Part shown: piece by piece, positions 1 to 14,161 of the stretch
How positions within the stretch are numbered: position 1 is the first letter of the stretch
Layout of the letters: each line of letters starts with the position of its first letter
Source: Laetmonice hystrix
Lineage: Eukaryota
Assembly (NCBI GenBank): GCA_965235115.1
Contig: OZ249437.1
Span: 10,602,001 to 10,666,000 of the forward strand
Direction of reading: 5' to 3'
Length of the DNA: 64,000 nucleotides
Position numbers and translations under genes: made by a program
Notes under the pieces: model-generated
The model's input: only the letters and a program-made list of their open reading frames with translations
Database searches by the model: none
Told to the model about the DNA's origin: nothing

Positions 1-484
1 GGTCACCTTACATCGTTTGGTTTGTCAGTGGCTGTGTCATGATGACACAGTACTAATATACAGTCAACTACGCATGCTCAGGTTGCGCGCGCAGTTTCTT
101 TGCCTTCTTGACGAACAGTTTACCCAGTAAAACAGAAATAACATAGAGACACGGCTAGCTCGCCCAGTAACGGCTAGTAGAAACATTTTCTACAATTAAA
201 TAAGACTTTCCATCAAATTGGAACATCCTTACGCTGTACATGTACACAGGCAACTCTCACATGCACCCCCTTGACTGTGCCTGTGCTATTATCCCAACCC
301 AATATTAATTCATACCCCCAAATCAATTCGTACAGACAGCAGAAGACTGTTGCAGCCCGGAATATATACAATCATGTGGTCGCTCACACACTGACTTAAG
401 ACTTATTAAGGAGAAGTAAATATACAGAGATATTCTGGACGCGGCTACATATGACGATGAGCGTTTCCAGAGCAATGGTGCACC

Positions 485-699
485 CAGGCCCACAAGTAGA
501 ACACCAGCATGGTGTATACAGGCCCACAAGTAGAACACCAGCATGGTGTACACAGGCCCACAAGTAGAACACCAGCATGGTGTACACAGACCCAGAAGTA
601 GAACACCAGCATGGCGTACACAGGCCCACAAGTAGAACACCAGCATGGTGTACACAGGCCCACAAGTAGAACACCAGCATGGTGTACACAGGCCCACAA
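485..699. repeat. 34-bp minisatellite, 6 full copies plus a partial
   Basis: Unit caggcccacaagtagaacaccagcatggtgtaca starts at 485, 519, 553, 587, 621, 655 and 689. It explains the repetitive ORFs at 323-699. Confidence 0.95.
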
Positions 700-1022
700 T
701 TATATCGTGTAAACAGACCTACAAGTAGAGCCTTAAAGTTACTTTCCCAATATTTGAATCATTATCTGAAATGGGTTTCCTTTGTTCGAATTTCACCAGT
801 GGTTGGTAGGTTGGCTGGGTCTAGACTGGTGAAACAGTTCCATATGTATACGTATAATCAAATACTGGGACTTCAACGACACGAAAGAAAAACCTAGTAT
901 CATTACATGTGACTGGGATTTCGTCATAATGATGATGTCATGTTATTCAATCTTGGCCATTATATAATCTTTGCAATAGAAGTTCATTACATCCGACCGA
1001 TATTTCATATAGTGCGACCAAC

Positions 1023-1028
1023 TTTATT
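1023..1028 (-). terminator. Possible polyadenylation signal AATAAA (would imply a 3' UTR of about 2.7 kb)
   Basis: The only AATAAA I found on the minus strand downstream of the stop codon. ATTAAA variants occur near 3636 and 1522. No clear downstream GU-rich element. Confidence 0.25.
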
Positions 1029-3781
1029 GGGTACTTTTTTCAATACACCAATGATAATGATGAATAGTTCCGCCTTTTGCCGCTTGGAAATACAAACACT
1101 CTAATGACAGTTACTCCACAACGTTACGTACACTATCATCATGCACCGAAAACAAAAATTTTAAACTGAAACGTTTGATAGAATTCGCAGCATCTTTCCC
1201 GGACTCTCAGGCATCCCCTGGCACTTAGAGAGTTACAGAGTGGAACACGTCAGCTGTGCATCATGGGATATCCCCGGATGTTACAAAAGGAACCAATGGA
1301 CTTCGACCTCAAATCTTTGATACTCCCATTCTGTTATTTTGCTTGTGGTTTGTTGCCAAAAATAATCAGCATCTGACTTTGGTAATTAAAGTGTCCTCAT
1401 AACGCTCACTGCTTTTTCTCTCTCTCAGGCACGAAATACGCACACTTAATGGAAATTATTAACAGAACGGTGAAAATATTAAATAGAAAAGTTCGCCAAA
1501 CTTCTATTACGAATTGCACTCTTTAATTGTCCACCATTCTACCTTAGAATCATTACTATATTTTTTCATTACAATACGACTAGAGGTGACGTTTGTCCAC
1601 TTTCTTTATGCCTAATCCCATCATTCCCCACCCATATAATTAAGCTTCTGGCGTAGTTCTGGCTCATGACCTATTAGGTATAATTAAAACATAGACAGTG
1701 CTTACGAAACAGTGCTTAAAACATACAATGGGCAGGAGGTATATGTCTTTGAAATTGAATGGAATCTTTGAAACACCTTCTTTTTTTTATCGTGTCAGCT
1801 TTTAGAAAGAAAACCCACTCAAACAATCAATGCATCACTATTAAAACACGAAACTGTACGATCCTACTCGTTGTAAAACGATCCAATGTATTTAGAACAC
1901 GAAGAGAAATCATACTCATCGCAAGACTAAAAACTATGCCAGTTGATTTGGTTCAACGCCGGGTACTTAGGAACTACTCCGGAAGCACCAAAAGGCACTT
2001 AAGAATTTTAGGATAATGGCCAATGTGCAGACTTTGTCACAGGCCAGCAAGTTCTTAAAGTATTAACAGTTCCTATAGCCGGGCGAGCAGAACGCCATCT
2101 TGACGACATTCACTCTCGCTCACACGAGATTCCCGCACTAATTTAAAAACAAATCCACGCACACGAGAATCGGCTGATGCGCATACATAACGAATCAGGG
2201 TACAATTATTATTATTATTATTATGGCCTGTCAAAAGACTATGTACATCTTATCCGGACAAATGCTTGACTCATTCAATACGTGTACATTACATCTATAA
2301 AGTCGGCTGCAAAACTTCTTATTGATTTCAATGTTCCTGCCACGATTAAATACTACTCATTAAATAAAGTAATAACATGGTCAAATTACCCCATTCATAA
2401 GCATTTGTCTCTGTTTAACCAAAGAAAATGGAATGGCTGAACCAACGAGTAAACTTAAGTGAGTATTTACCAATATAATGTGTAGAGTATTCTCTTTGCC
2501 AGATACACCTTTAAAAAAAGTTGATAAACTCTAAAGTAAACAATTGATACATCGTGATTTTTGCCAGAAAGCCCGATCTTGCGTACCACTGCAGGGACCA
2601 GTCGCCTGTCTGCCAGAATATTTGGGCAGTGTTTTTTCTTCTGTTAATACAAGTAAGGTAGCATGCTTCTCTCTGTCTCTCTGTAGTTGTATGGTAAGAC
2701 GATGCATTCATCCAGACCTCGTGACGGGTGGTTCTTTAAGAGAAATATACTCTCTTGTTTTACTGCAAGATTCATGTGGCTGCTTCACATGAAGAAACCT
2801 ATAATCTCATACTTCTCATGGAAGGTCTGGTACAGCGGCAACTGCGTTCAATGCTTGTGGCTACCCTTTGACACAGCACAGAATGGTGTCCGGATTTAAC
2901 CTAGGAATTGGGACTTTGACGCATGTTGTTCGGTGATGATTTCTTCATGTAACAGTATTGAACACTCCAAACTTCAAATTACCAATTTTTTTATGGCAAG
3001 AGTTAAGGACAAGGTCACATTCAAACTTTAGATCTCAGACCAGTCTCCATGCGTTCTTCCTTAACGACAAAGCAAAGCGTTGCCATGGTGACCACCACGT
3101 AGGGGGAGTTCTCTGTCCTCCGTAGACTGAGTATTGTCGTTATCACAAAGTGCTCCTTGTGTAATATTTTTGGACACGACCAACTGTTTTTCCCCCACCC
3201 CTGTCTCCGCGCTTTGACAGTGCCACTGATTCTACACATTCTGGTATAGGATGAGTACCTTTGGCTCGTGTGTGTCGCATTCTCGACTCGGGTCGTCTGC
3301 GCTTTCCCGCGCAATTTTACCTCGTTTGACAGCCTCTGTCGTCTGCCATCGGGATATTCACCACTCGGCCGAAATGTGCGTCCGGTTTTTTTTTCAATAT
3401 GTATCAAAGTTCCTTCACGCACCAGTACATACAGACCACAACTCTATACAACATTCATTTATATTTAAGTACCTGGTCCACATGAAGTAGGTCAATGCGT
3501 TCTCATCTCGAGGTCTCCCTGCACTTCATAGTAAGAGGAAAAAAAAGAAAAGGATCTGGCACCATTAAGAACCGGCAAATCGTTCTTCCATTGTTGATTT
3601 CGCAATGTCCCCTCATTTGTCAACATGGAAGAGTTTTAATATGTCATCCGTTTTGCTTGTCGCAGGCCTGAACCATGCCAGCGCCACGGCCGACCAATCT
3701 TATGACCTCAACTGGGCCTTAATTGTCTCTGCAATACGAGATTAAGCAAGTACGTCATCTCCTGGTGACGTCAGCATCATC

Positions 3782-4085
3782 TCATTTCCGACTTTCATCT
3801 TTGTCGACTTTTACTTTTCCGTTGGAGTCTATCTGAGAGTTTCCTGAAAGGCCCGAGTTTTGTGTTTGTGGATAGTTCTTCTCAACAAATTTGAGCATTT
3901 CGGTCAGATAGTTCTGTACGGCTGTCATGGCGGCTACTAGTGCGGGTCCGCCGAAACCATGTGTTATCAGGGAGAAGTGCGTCAAATGTCTCTGAATGTT
4001 GGGCTCCAGGATCATCTGCGGCCTTGTGTTTCCCAGCGGGGTCCGGTCTTGGTTCAAGAGGTCCACCAACTCCTTCATTACTTGT
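3782..4085 (-). CDS. TFAP2: AP-2 transcription factor, last coding exon (exon 7; C-terminal helix-span-helix dimerisation region, stop TGA at 3784-3782)
   Basis: Acceptor ttttacag|A CAA GTA ATG completes the AA left by exon 6 (Lys). Translation [64 protein letters not shown] matches the conserved AP-2 C-terminal DR(T/S)P...HFSLI(T/S)HGFG motif. Confidence 0.96.
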
Positions 4086-6686
4086 CTGTAAAAACAACAA
4101 CATAAAACCGCCATTAGATTGGATTAAACATGCATTTAAAACAACAGTGAACCATCAAATAATTACGTCAGACATTTGGAGACATCGATTTGTTTTAACA
4201 GTTCTATATTACTCTGTGCAGCAGACAGATTGGGTCTTACTGCTCGGTTTTAGTTCAGGCGCACGGCTGGCATTATCGCCCAGATCTAAACTGGTGTCAG
4301 AATTCTGGGATCACGTGGGTTTCTAACACAATGACGTCGTGACGTGCATGCGCACTGACCCGCGTTCGTCTGCGACGGGCACCCACAACAAAACCACCTG
4401 GCACGGTCTGAGCAACGACGACAGGTGCTGGTCCCCGTCACCATGGAAACGGATAGATCAAATAACGCCCACAGATTCAATTCCATGTGACCCAAATCAA
4501 CTTTTATCAGGAAGTATTACATTATCTGTAAATGGACGTCGATGACCTGTACGGTGGCCGGTCATTACAATCATAATAGGTGCACATTATTCCGCCACGA
4601 ATCTGGCGCATTTCCACTGGCATTTACACCCCTACATTTAACAACCCCCACCACCTGAGTAGGGCGAGGACATGGTGTGAGTGTATTTCAATATAGGTTA
4701 ATGCGTTTTCGGTTTTTCTAATGGCAAACGATCCCCAAATATATGGGTAGAGAGTAGTTGAGGGTCGCGTTTTGCCACGTGTCTTTCCACATGCTCGCGT
4801 CGCTTCCACTAACACTACGCGACGGCGTCAGTCAATGGGGCAAACGTAACTGGAGAAATGCGGTTTCTAACGTAGAGTGACGCTTATAGCTACAATGGGA
4901 GCAACCACAATTGCACCCTTTCCTGGTTCATGGCACGGTGCTGCCGTAAAAAGCCAGTACGATTAATCTAAGCTAAAACGCGCCAAGGTAGAGAGGTTAT
5001 TACAGAGACAAGCCCCACGCATGCGTCGTCGGCTAACAAGGCAATGCCATTGACTTCTGACACTTTTTATGGCGCCAATTCATTTACTGCACGACAGTTT
5101 GAGTGGCGAACATAAGGACACTCAGTCCATATTTTCGCTTCCCTCCTCCACTGTGGTTTTCCCAGGTGAAGCTTCAACTTCAGCATGCAAGGCATTGTTT
5201 TTCACAAGTTACTGACGTTATCCGAAACCTAATAAACATTATAACCAATTATAGGCCCATAGAGAGTTGTGCACTGAATAATGATACCTTGTATCTTGGA
5301 AACATTTCAAGTTTGACATGAACCAATTTTTATGACATGGCCTAAAGTAATATATCCAACTGCAAGTCATATGCCAACCTATAAGTGCTTTTCATTGGGC
5401 CATAGATCTTCGGCAGAACTGGTGAATGAAAATATAAATTGAAGTTTGGATTAAATTACATATAATCGCAAGACTCTCATATACAGACCTTGGTGCGATA
5501 GCATGTACACGTAATTCAATGCATACTTTCTTTTTCATGGATTCTCATGCCTGATCTTCAATTCGTGAGCTGACACTATCAGGCCAATTCTTGTTTCACT
5601 TGTCCGACACAGTGCGAACTTTGAACTGAACAAACAATTCCAAATTCCTCGAATACGCCAATGGTTGGACGACCAAGGCATGATTTTCTGGAGCACAAGG
5701 CGTACAGAAACTAGGAAAACAAGACTGCCTTACGTTCTTGCCAGATGGACGCTAACTGTGATACATGTTGCGCATTCCCTTGGTTTCCATCACTTTCAGG
5801 GATTGACAGGTTCTATCCTAATCTAAACCACGTCTCCCGAGGCCAGGTGTCTTGTCAGCCTATTTACAAAGGTTTATCACTCTGGTATTGACGTGACGTA
5901 ATCTCCACAAGAGTTGCTTGTTGATGCAAGCGGCCGTGATAAAGGGCCGCTTATAGCACCCGCGCAGCTGTCATTGGCACATAGCGCACCGCCGACTGTC
6001 CATCACGTGACGTAACATGCCGGCAACGTGTTTGTTCCTTTAAATGTGAGACTCACTAGGAAATTAAGTTAGGAGGTCGGAAAATGCACGCTTAGCTGAG
6101 AATGTCTGTACAAAGTTGAGAGTACTACTTCAGTCCTGATTAATGGTTTTAAAGGTTGCCTAACCATAGCTTACGATTAAACTGATCTGTTCACCTGTAG
6201 ACTAGAGCTATATCCCTTAGTTCAGCCATTATGACAAAAGGGGATCTGACAAAAGATGACCAGCTTTTCTCACTATACTTATATTTCTGTTAATAATAAA
6301 TAATAATACTTAATAATATTATTTCTCTGAAGAGAGAAATGTGGGTTGGTGATCTGAACCTTTGCTGCGGTCAAGGTTGTGGTTGGCGAGGGTTGGTCTT
6401 GGAACCCCTACCAACACATGGCTCACACGCTTCTCTACAGATTCTGCAGGTCATGATCTTCCACTGACACCGACATATGACTCACAATAGTCAGGAACAC
6501 ACGGTATCACTACAAACGCCTCCCATATCCACTCACACACACTCACACACCAACACACCCACACCTGGACTGCTGGTGGCATTCTCATTCCCTTTCCCTT
6601 TACAAGTGGTAAAGTGTCTGGAAAGGCGATAGCCGTTGGTTCATTGACGGCTGTGGCTTGATGAATGAGGCTGCAGGCGGTACAAT

Positions 6687-7158
6687 GCCTGTGGCTGGCA
6701 GGCGAGTGGCAGCGGCCTGGGGCGCCGACTTGGACCTCGGCGGGCAGCGGTGGCCACCGGCACAAGGCCGCCAGCCCTGCTGCCCACCGGCACAGACACA
6801 GACACAGACACAGACACAGACACAGACACAGACACACGCACGCACATCTGAAGGCACGCTCACCCCCTGAACTGCCATTAATCGACATAGTCGTGGAAGT
6901 GGTGTTTGGGAGGACCAACCGACCGCCCTTGTTGCAGCAAGGTGTTGGGGAGGGGGGGGGGGGGTTGCTAGGGGGTGATTGAGGGGAGGTAGCACGAGGC
7001 CATGGCGCCTGGGGGATTTCGACCCCCGGGCAGTTCCCCGTCAACCCCCTGCCACCCGGCAAGGTGGGCCCCGCGGCCCTGGGCAGACGCCAGCCACACC
7101 TGAAGGCCTTCTGCCCCTCCCTCCCCCCCGAGAAGGCCACAACGCTCAGCCACAAGGC
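6687..7158. promoter_or_regulatory. GC-rich intron 6 segment with 8 AP-2 consensus sites (GCC-N3/4-GGC); candidate autoregulatory enhancer
   Basis: Sites read directly at 6687, 6715, 6753, 7076 (N3) and 6782, 7051, 7068, 7149 (N4). Confidence 0.45.
6791..6832. repeat. (CACAGA)7 microsatellite
   Basis: Direct reading. It produces the CLCLCL/QTQTQT/HRHRHR tracts in spurious ORFs. Confidence 0.95.
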
Positions 7159-7941
7159 TGACAGCCCTTTCTATGGCCACTGACACCTTGCACTGATTCA
7201 AAACGAAATCTGGTTACGTCCAGTCCCTCGCTGTCTGTGCCTACATTTCCTTGCATCTATAACACTGCTTTTAATGTTTAAATTTTAAAACAAATCCACA
7301 CCTACGGTCCTAATGAAGAATTCCTTCCATTTTCCAGGCTTATGCGTCTTTAAAAAAAAACCCACGTTAATGGAATTAAAACCTTCACCTATTGGCCGTG
7401 AAATGTGTTTTGCCCTCCCCCCTCACGCCACCCGCCGGTCTCACCAGTAGCGCCGGGTACGTACTCCAGGGACTGTCGACACGTATGGCGCTAACACGCG
7501 TCAGCCTCGGCCAATGCCGGTAATATTTACTCCATATGAACCCGGACAGCTGTCTGGGTGACGCCTGTGATTTTCCACTGGCCCATCACGCCTCAGTGAG
7601 TAACTGATCTTTGATTAAATCCTTGCAGGGTGTGTGTGTGTGGGGGGGGGGGGGGGGTGCGAGGATGTCATTGGGTGCGTTCCCCCTGCGAGTCCCAGTG
7701 CACCGGGTGAACGATGCTCTCACCTAACTTTGCCTTTTTCATATTACCAATTACTCAACCGATTAATTACCAAATGATGCCGTAACAGATAATTTAACTT
7801 CTAAGAAAACCATTAAATGTGGATGAATACAACACACCTCGGCAAGCCAGCAAGAAATCCGGCTTGGATGATATTTAAAAAATAAAGGTTTTGAAAAAAA
7901 ATATTTTCTTCTTTAGATGGAAGTTTGTATATTATACTTAC

Positions 7942-8083
7942 TTGGCAGATAAGATCATATTCTTCCTATTGTGTTGTTCTGACGGGTCGCTGTGTTGTCG
8001 GGAGATGTACTCTGCTGTTTGGCGGGCGGGGAACTCCGTTTCACAGAGGTAGCCAAAGTCTCTTGCTAACCGCACGGCTTCAC
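7942..8083 (-). CDS. TFAP2: AP-2 exon 6 (142 nt; first helix of helix-span-helix)
   Basis: Acceptor tttcctgtctgtag|GT GAA GCC and donor GCC AA|gtaagt. Translation (G)[46 protein letters not shown](K) matches the AP-2 EAVHLARDF..CETEFP motif. Confidence 0.96.
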
Positions 8084-11000
8084 CTACAGACAGGAAACAG
8101 AACACCATTAGTACCGACACTCATTACATGACGTCACTGATGAAATGACCTGAAGTTGATATGGAGGGGGAGGGGGGTGCGGATGAAGATCGGTGAGTTG
8201 GGTGAATGCTTGGACATGATGATGGTTACACTCAGAGTTGTAAACTGATACACCAGTTCTGGAGAGTGCCGACGGATCATCCAACGGGTCGAGGAGAAAA
8301 TCGAGTTATGTTGTGTTTACTGACACAGTAGACGGCAGCGAATTTTGGGGGCGAATTTAATTTATCATAACTTTTACAAATAAAGTAATAACATATATAA
8401 TACCATACGGGGAGATCTTATATTTTGCTGCAGTGATATAGGCCTATGTATACATGTACAATGTTAATGTTTATGGAGCCAAAAATAACCAAAATGTTTT
8501 AACTGATCACCACCTAATTCACAGGAGGCAATAAGTGATCAATGTTTAAACACGGCCGACACGCAATGTCATGAGGGCAGACGGTGGACAATCTATAACG
8601 GGGGAAACCAGTTTGATTAACACTGAGTCTCCCGCCTGGTAGAGTCGGGGAAATCCCACCAGTCAATTGGGTTTCCTGGTTAAATACGAACACATTTTCG
8701 AGGCAACTCCCCTTAACGCGGAAATCTGCTTCTGTATCGAGGAGGCAAGATGCGCAGAACGATGCGCAAAGATTCCTCCACGCAAATAACATGCACAAAC
8801 CACAAATAATTACACCCTCGGGTGTAAAACTATGCGGTTTTAATAAGCATGTTCTTAATTTCGACACGGCTGTTGAGGACGAATCAATAGTTTGATTGGT
8901 GCTTGCCTGTTTGGTAGGGTCCGTAAATAATTACCAAGGGGCTAACTTTTTTTCCATGGAAGTCCTCATCCTATCGTAGTCACCACATTGGTTACAACAC
9001 TAATTAGCCAGAAACGGCCTTTATCCAATTAGATTCCGTTGAAAGGTAAAGGTGTAGAAATAATTATTTTTTTGGTGTTCCATCTAAACCGGAAGGTTTC
9101 TCCATCTATAACAGATGTCTGTACTGGCAGTTTGCACGGATTACGCCTGACCCCTCGGCTGTCTTGCTAAAGACATCTTACATTCATGTGTCAGCGTTTG
9201 TGATTAATCCCTGGTCAGCGTATAATGTCTGAGGATAATTCCTACGGTGACCTACATAATTCTTTGCGTTTTCGTGCACCTCGTGAAAGCCACCCTCAAG
9301 GCATACGGATTCAAGGTAGCACATTAGTGGTGACTATATTATAGGTGTGAAGTGTATTGTGAGGTGGTGTCGGTTCAAAATGACGTAGCCACCGACTTCC
9401 TTCAGGGCATGCTCCCGATGTAAGGAGCGTCCGATTCATTATATTCCCTCAAGAAATGATCCCCTTTTCTCGGAAATTAAGGTCAGTGTTTTTGAATGTC
9501 CCAAGGCTCGAAGAGAGAGATCTCTATAGAAAACAGTCGTGATTGGCTTCCGAATCACTGCAGTTTATAGATCTAAAATACGAATAAAAACCGTCCATAT
9601 ACGAACGTCTTCGCTCTCTGTCTGTCTGCAGGTCTGTCTCTGTCTTTTTCCACAGTGCTGACGCAGACAGACTTGCCAGGTGCAGACTGAAAGCCGTCAA
9701 GATTCAGCCTAGCTAAACTTGGCCCTTGGCGCGCCGAGACTACCAGCGGGTCGGCCTATTGTAAACAGTATGCAATAGAGGGCGCACTAAGCGATATCCT
9801 TGCAACAATCGTGCGCATCTCGGCAGTTTCATGTGGGTACGATCAAAGGCATAGCTGGGGTGCCATGTGACGGACGTCAGCGCGGTTAGACCGGCGGTAG
9901 CCTCACATCTGCCCGCCCAATGACACCCGACTCCCGACGATATTTAGATTTAACACATCGTGCGGACGGTGTCATATCGCCTATGTTTCAGCCCCACATC
10001 GCGCCTCATACCACTGCAGCGCCAGTTTTCGCGCCAGCGCTCACGCCATTTCCTCGCATTCAAAATGTCGTCTGCTACGTCGTGACGTACTACGATCACG
10101 TCAAACAATTCTTTTCGGTTGTTTTGTTTTGTCTTTCATGAATCGATCGTGACAAGTGTCCGCAGAAGCTTTCTCAGAACCCACCGCCTTTTATACCCCT
10201 ACACAGACTTTTAGACTTCAAATCCACCGGCATCTTGTAATCTTAAGTGGGATGCCATCTTCCCCTTGTTTGTGCACAGACCGACAGTTCGCACAGTCAA
10301 ATACCATATCTTATCTACGTCTGAGTGAATCGGCCGTTGTGAAACCTCATCGTACAGGCGACTAAATAGGGCGGTCAGCAGACGATATGGCTCATGTGAA
10401 CAGCGGCGCGGTGCCATCAAAGTGTCACATGGCACCGCCTCCTTGTCATACACTGGGCTCGTTATCCACCGGGACCCGCCAAGGGACCGATTTAGGAAAC
10501 AAACACACACGTTGTGGCTCTCCGACACCGGCCTCGACCCAGACCTCCCGAGTTCAACCCTGAGATGTGGCCGGTTGCGTAACACTCTCAACCCTACTTA
10601 TGTTTCGGATGGAGATTTTCTTCACACGTCCACGAGTCGGACCACCCGGAGGCTGTGAGGGAGAATGACTCTCACTGAGTCGGACATCCATACTCCTAAC
10701 CCGAACAGAATACTGTTGATCATTCCACGGCACGATGGCCATTTTTTCTCCTCACTCCACAGATACCACATTACCAGTTTTGTTTTTGTTATACATTATG
10801 ACAACAACAGGTGTGTTAATACATGTTGAACATGAATCTGTTTACTTATTCAAACTAAATGGATTATCGTCGTTAAAGATAATTCATTTATTGTATAACT
10901 GGGTGATGTTAACTCCATTCCAACCCCAACGGTATAAAGTTGGCGCGATCTTGCTCAGCCGATGTGTAGTTCATACATTGGCCACCAGATGTCTCTGTCA

Positions 11001-12102
11001 TGCCTCGCGGCGGTAGAGTTCGTCGCCCTCTGACTTGTTTTACCAATACTCGTGCCCCTTCGTTTAATCGTCTTTTCACCTTTCGATTCAGCACTGGTAT
11101 GTAATCCTATTAAAATGAGTGTTTTTCTTCACTAACACTGATTCTTAACGTGCCTACCCATGCACAGACTTTTAATGTCGGGGCCACGCATAGTTTGTCT
11201 CAAATTTGACTGGGACTTGTTCTATGTCTTCACCGCAAACGATAACGCTCTGACGGAATTGCCCGACATAGATGAGAAACGAGATGCTTTGGAAGCATAC
11301 ATCAATTGTGGATAGACTGAGAAACTTCACTGGCAGTCAGGTGGAACAACGGTGGTTGACAGTACAACGCACGACGTTGGGATTTGTTGACATTGTCTTG
11401 ATGAAGTACCCACGGAGACCTATACACGGTCGGTGGGGCACGGTTCACGGCAGGCGTAGTATGCGAGAACAGGTAAATGATAGACCCAACCCTCCCACTA
11501 CACCCTTTCACCGTGGCTCGCACAAGAGGTGGGCGACAGGGTGAATAAATGAACTAGCTGTATGATTACAGGTTTGTAGGGGGATGGGGGGGGGGGGACC
11601 TCTTCCAATGTGGGATAGGGGGCTGGGGGAGTTCACAATCAGACACCTTGACTATTACTCGAAGACGCCTGGGAAGAAGCATCCCGTGTAGTTTTATGAC
11701 CTTTTAATGTCTTCACTCATTTACTCAGATGTCAGTTGCTATCCAGGTATCAATACTCTCAGATCGTATGTAACATCCATGGATACTGACGCTAACATTC
11801 CGTCACCGTTATGACGTGTGCGTCTCCGAGGTCAGAACGAGGCAGAAATAGCCGCAGGGGTGAGGTGAATGTAAATACAAATAGTGACAGTGAATCACTG
11901 CGATATCGATCCGGGTTCTGTCAGCATTGGGACCAGTGAGATTCACAGCGATGTCACACCCCCCCCCCCAACCCCAAACAAGGGACGCCCAACATCCACC
12001 ACGATACGTGCCCTATTGTTTCTGCGGCCCGACTAAGTAGTATAATGAAATTAACGTTCGGTTCGGGCTCTTCATTGTAATGAACCGCGCTGCGTTGCAA
12101 GA

Positions 12103-12151
12103 GGAGAGAGAGAGAGAGAGAGCGAGGGAAAGAGAGAGAGAGAGAGAGAGA
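12103..12151. repeat. (GA)n microsatellite, interrupted
   Basis: Direct reading. Confidence 0.9.
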
Positions 12152-14104
12152 AATATGTTGGCATATTTATGCTGTCACCTCGGTCCTAGCACTATTTATG
12201 CAGTCCCAAGTGACAGAATCACAGCGTTCAAGGCGGCTGGTGGGTGGAGGCTGCGAAAGGTCAGGTCATTTCACTTCAATGCCAGCAATGTTAATCAGCA
12301 GCTTCATTAAGACGGGTGCCGCCGAGAAATTTCTCTCACAATTGTGTCGTCTACAAACAGTGGCGTCCCCCATTACCACAGCGGCTGATTTTATTTGTGA
12401 TGGCATCACTTTTACGACTGCTTTCACAACTATCCTCTCCATTATTCCTCACCTCAGTTACCTTTAACAGTATGTGGCCTGGGTTTTCTTTTATAAACAC
12501 ATTGAGTGTGGGAGAGACTCTACAGACAGGCACATAAAAACTGGAGAATGGGCCATTAATGCAATGTTTGTAATCGCATTACCGTCGAAGAACAGGTTAC
12601 AAAACCTACCCGTGTTTGCACTTTAATTAACTTTGCCACAGTCTCTCTTCAGTCTTATTGTGCTGACGAGAAGGTATTCCACCTGCAATGCTCGTCTTAG
12701 TTCTACATGCCCGTCACGTTGAATCTCGCGGTAAGCGAGAAGTAGCGTTATTATAACGATCCTTGTGGAGTTTGTGGTTTAAAACGAAGATGTTTTTTTA
12801 TTCTCTCTCTCCTCTCTCTCTTCTCTCTCTCCCCTCTCAATGGTAGCGTACGATAAGTACTGAAACCACCCACATCGAGGCAGGAACTGAGCAACATACG
12901 TAATCCAATCGCGCAGCTCCAGTCCAAAACGAGGCAATTATCAAACGAGGATGAGTTCGAGTCTATTTATTTGTGCTGACAATTTCCATTCCATTCACCC
13001 GCATAATTATACCTATTAAACGGGCTTGGAAATAGACGCCATATGCCTGCGTCCGACCACCAACCACCATTACACGGTCTGGCTCCAGACAATGCGGACA
13101 CGCCAGCCCCAATCACAGCTCAGCCTCACTTGACTTGAACGCGAAATGAAAGGTGGAGTTACTGGACAAAACGATGTCTTTTGTGACTAGGTTCTGGTCG
13201 TGATTCGACCAGCCTCAGTGACAAGGGAAGTTGTTTGGGAGGTGACAAGAAAGGCCGAGTTCAGATGGGGAGTCAGCGAAGCGTTCTTTTCCCTGGCACA
13301 TTCCGCTGTGTCAGAACGTTGCGATTTTAGTGGACCCAAAGCCAGCTTTTCCAGACTCTTTCAAGATTTGACTGACTACGGTGGCTTAATTAAAAACTTC
13401 CATGTCTCTATATATCGCGGGACTTTTTTTACACAGTGACACGTCAGGTTTTCCTTGTTCTTTTGGTGTCTCATGAAATAAATTAAAGCAGATGTGAATT
13501 TCAACTGGTCCTGCTCGGAGAAGCCATAGAAAAGGGCCCACTCATTGAGAAGGTCGGGTCAATTTACAAGTCACCGTGACAGGCATTCAACTGATACGAG
13601 TTCAACAAGGGTCACATTGTCTCTCTTGTTGTCCTTCGGTTTTTTAATAATTAAACTTTCCACTTGGGCGGTTTTCGAAATGGATTCTATTGTTATGCGA
13701 GAACGTCGCAGTAAACTTGGACTATAGGCCTATAGGTAGTGGACGGCCAGACCCTCTGGGTTAGCCCCGGCACCTGTGGTCTATCTCAGCGCCACCGTGC
13801 GGTGGCGAGGGAGACTAATCGGGATAAGGAGATATTTAAGAGAAATAGCGACCTAAAACGAGCTATGCCTGGATTTCGCGGGTAAAGGCTAGATGTACGT
13901 TTATACACGTTAATTCGGGGTTGACTTGCTGAGCTATGGCGGTGGTAGGGCACGCCTTGACATTCCTTGAGATGTTGTGGGTAAGGCGATATGCGAACAG
14001 CATCTTTCATCGTTTAATTGGAGCAGTTGTGAGAGATGTCGTTTAGGGTGTCGGTGGTCTTGTCGCCGGCCGGTGTCTGACTGGGCGACAGGGGCCGATA
14101 AGGT

Positions 14105-14161
14105 GGGGGTACAGTGGCGGTAAGGCGGGGGTACAGTGGGAGGAGGGCGGGGGTACAGTGG
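14105..14161. repeat. 22-bp-period repeat with core GGGGGTACAGTGG, 3 copies
   Basis: Core at 14105, 14127 and 14149. Confidence 0.85.

Noticed and set aside
323-699. Cys-rich repetitive ORFs in three minus-strand frames
   Set aside because: Translation of the 34-bp minisatellite.
861-1998. 7-mer seed matches for miR-124 (1992), miR-92 (1513) and miR-8/200 (861) on the transcript strand
   Set aside because: The 3' UTR extent is unknown, and isolated 7-mers across many miRNA families are expected by chance.
6451-7155. 234-aa ORF with a CLCLCL tract, and overlapping ORFs
   Set aside because: Open because of high GC and a hexamer microsatellite. It has no recognisable domain and lies in intron 6.
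13599-13614. Nuclear-receptor DR4 element AGTTCA-N4-GGGTCA
   Set aside because: About one such direct repeat (spacers 0-5, both strands) is expected by chance in 64 kb.
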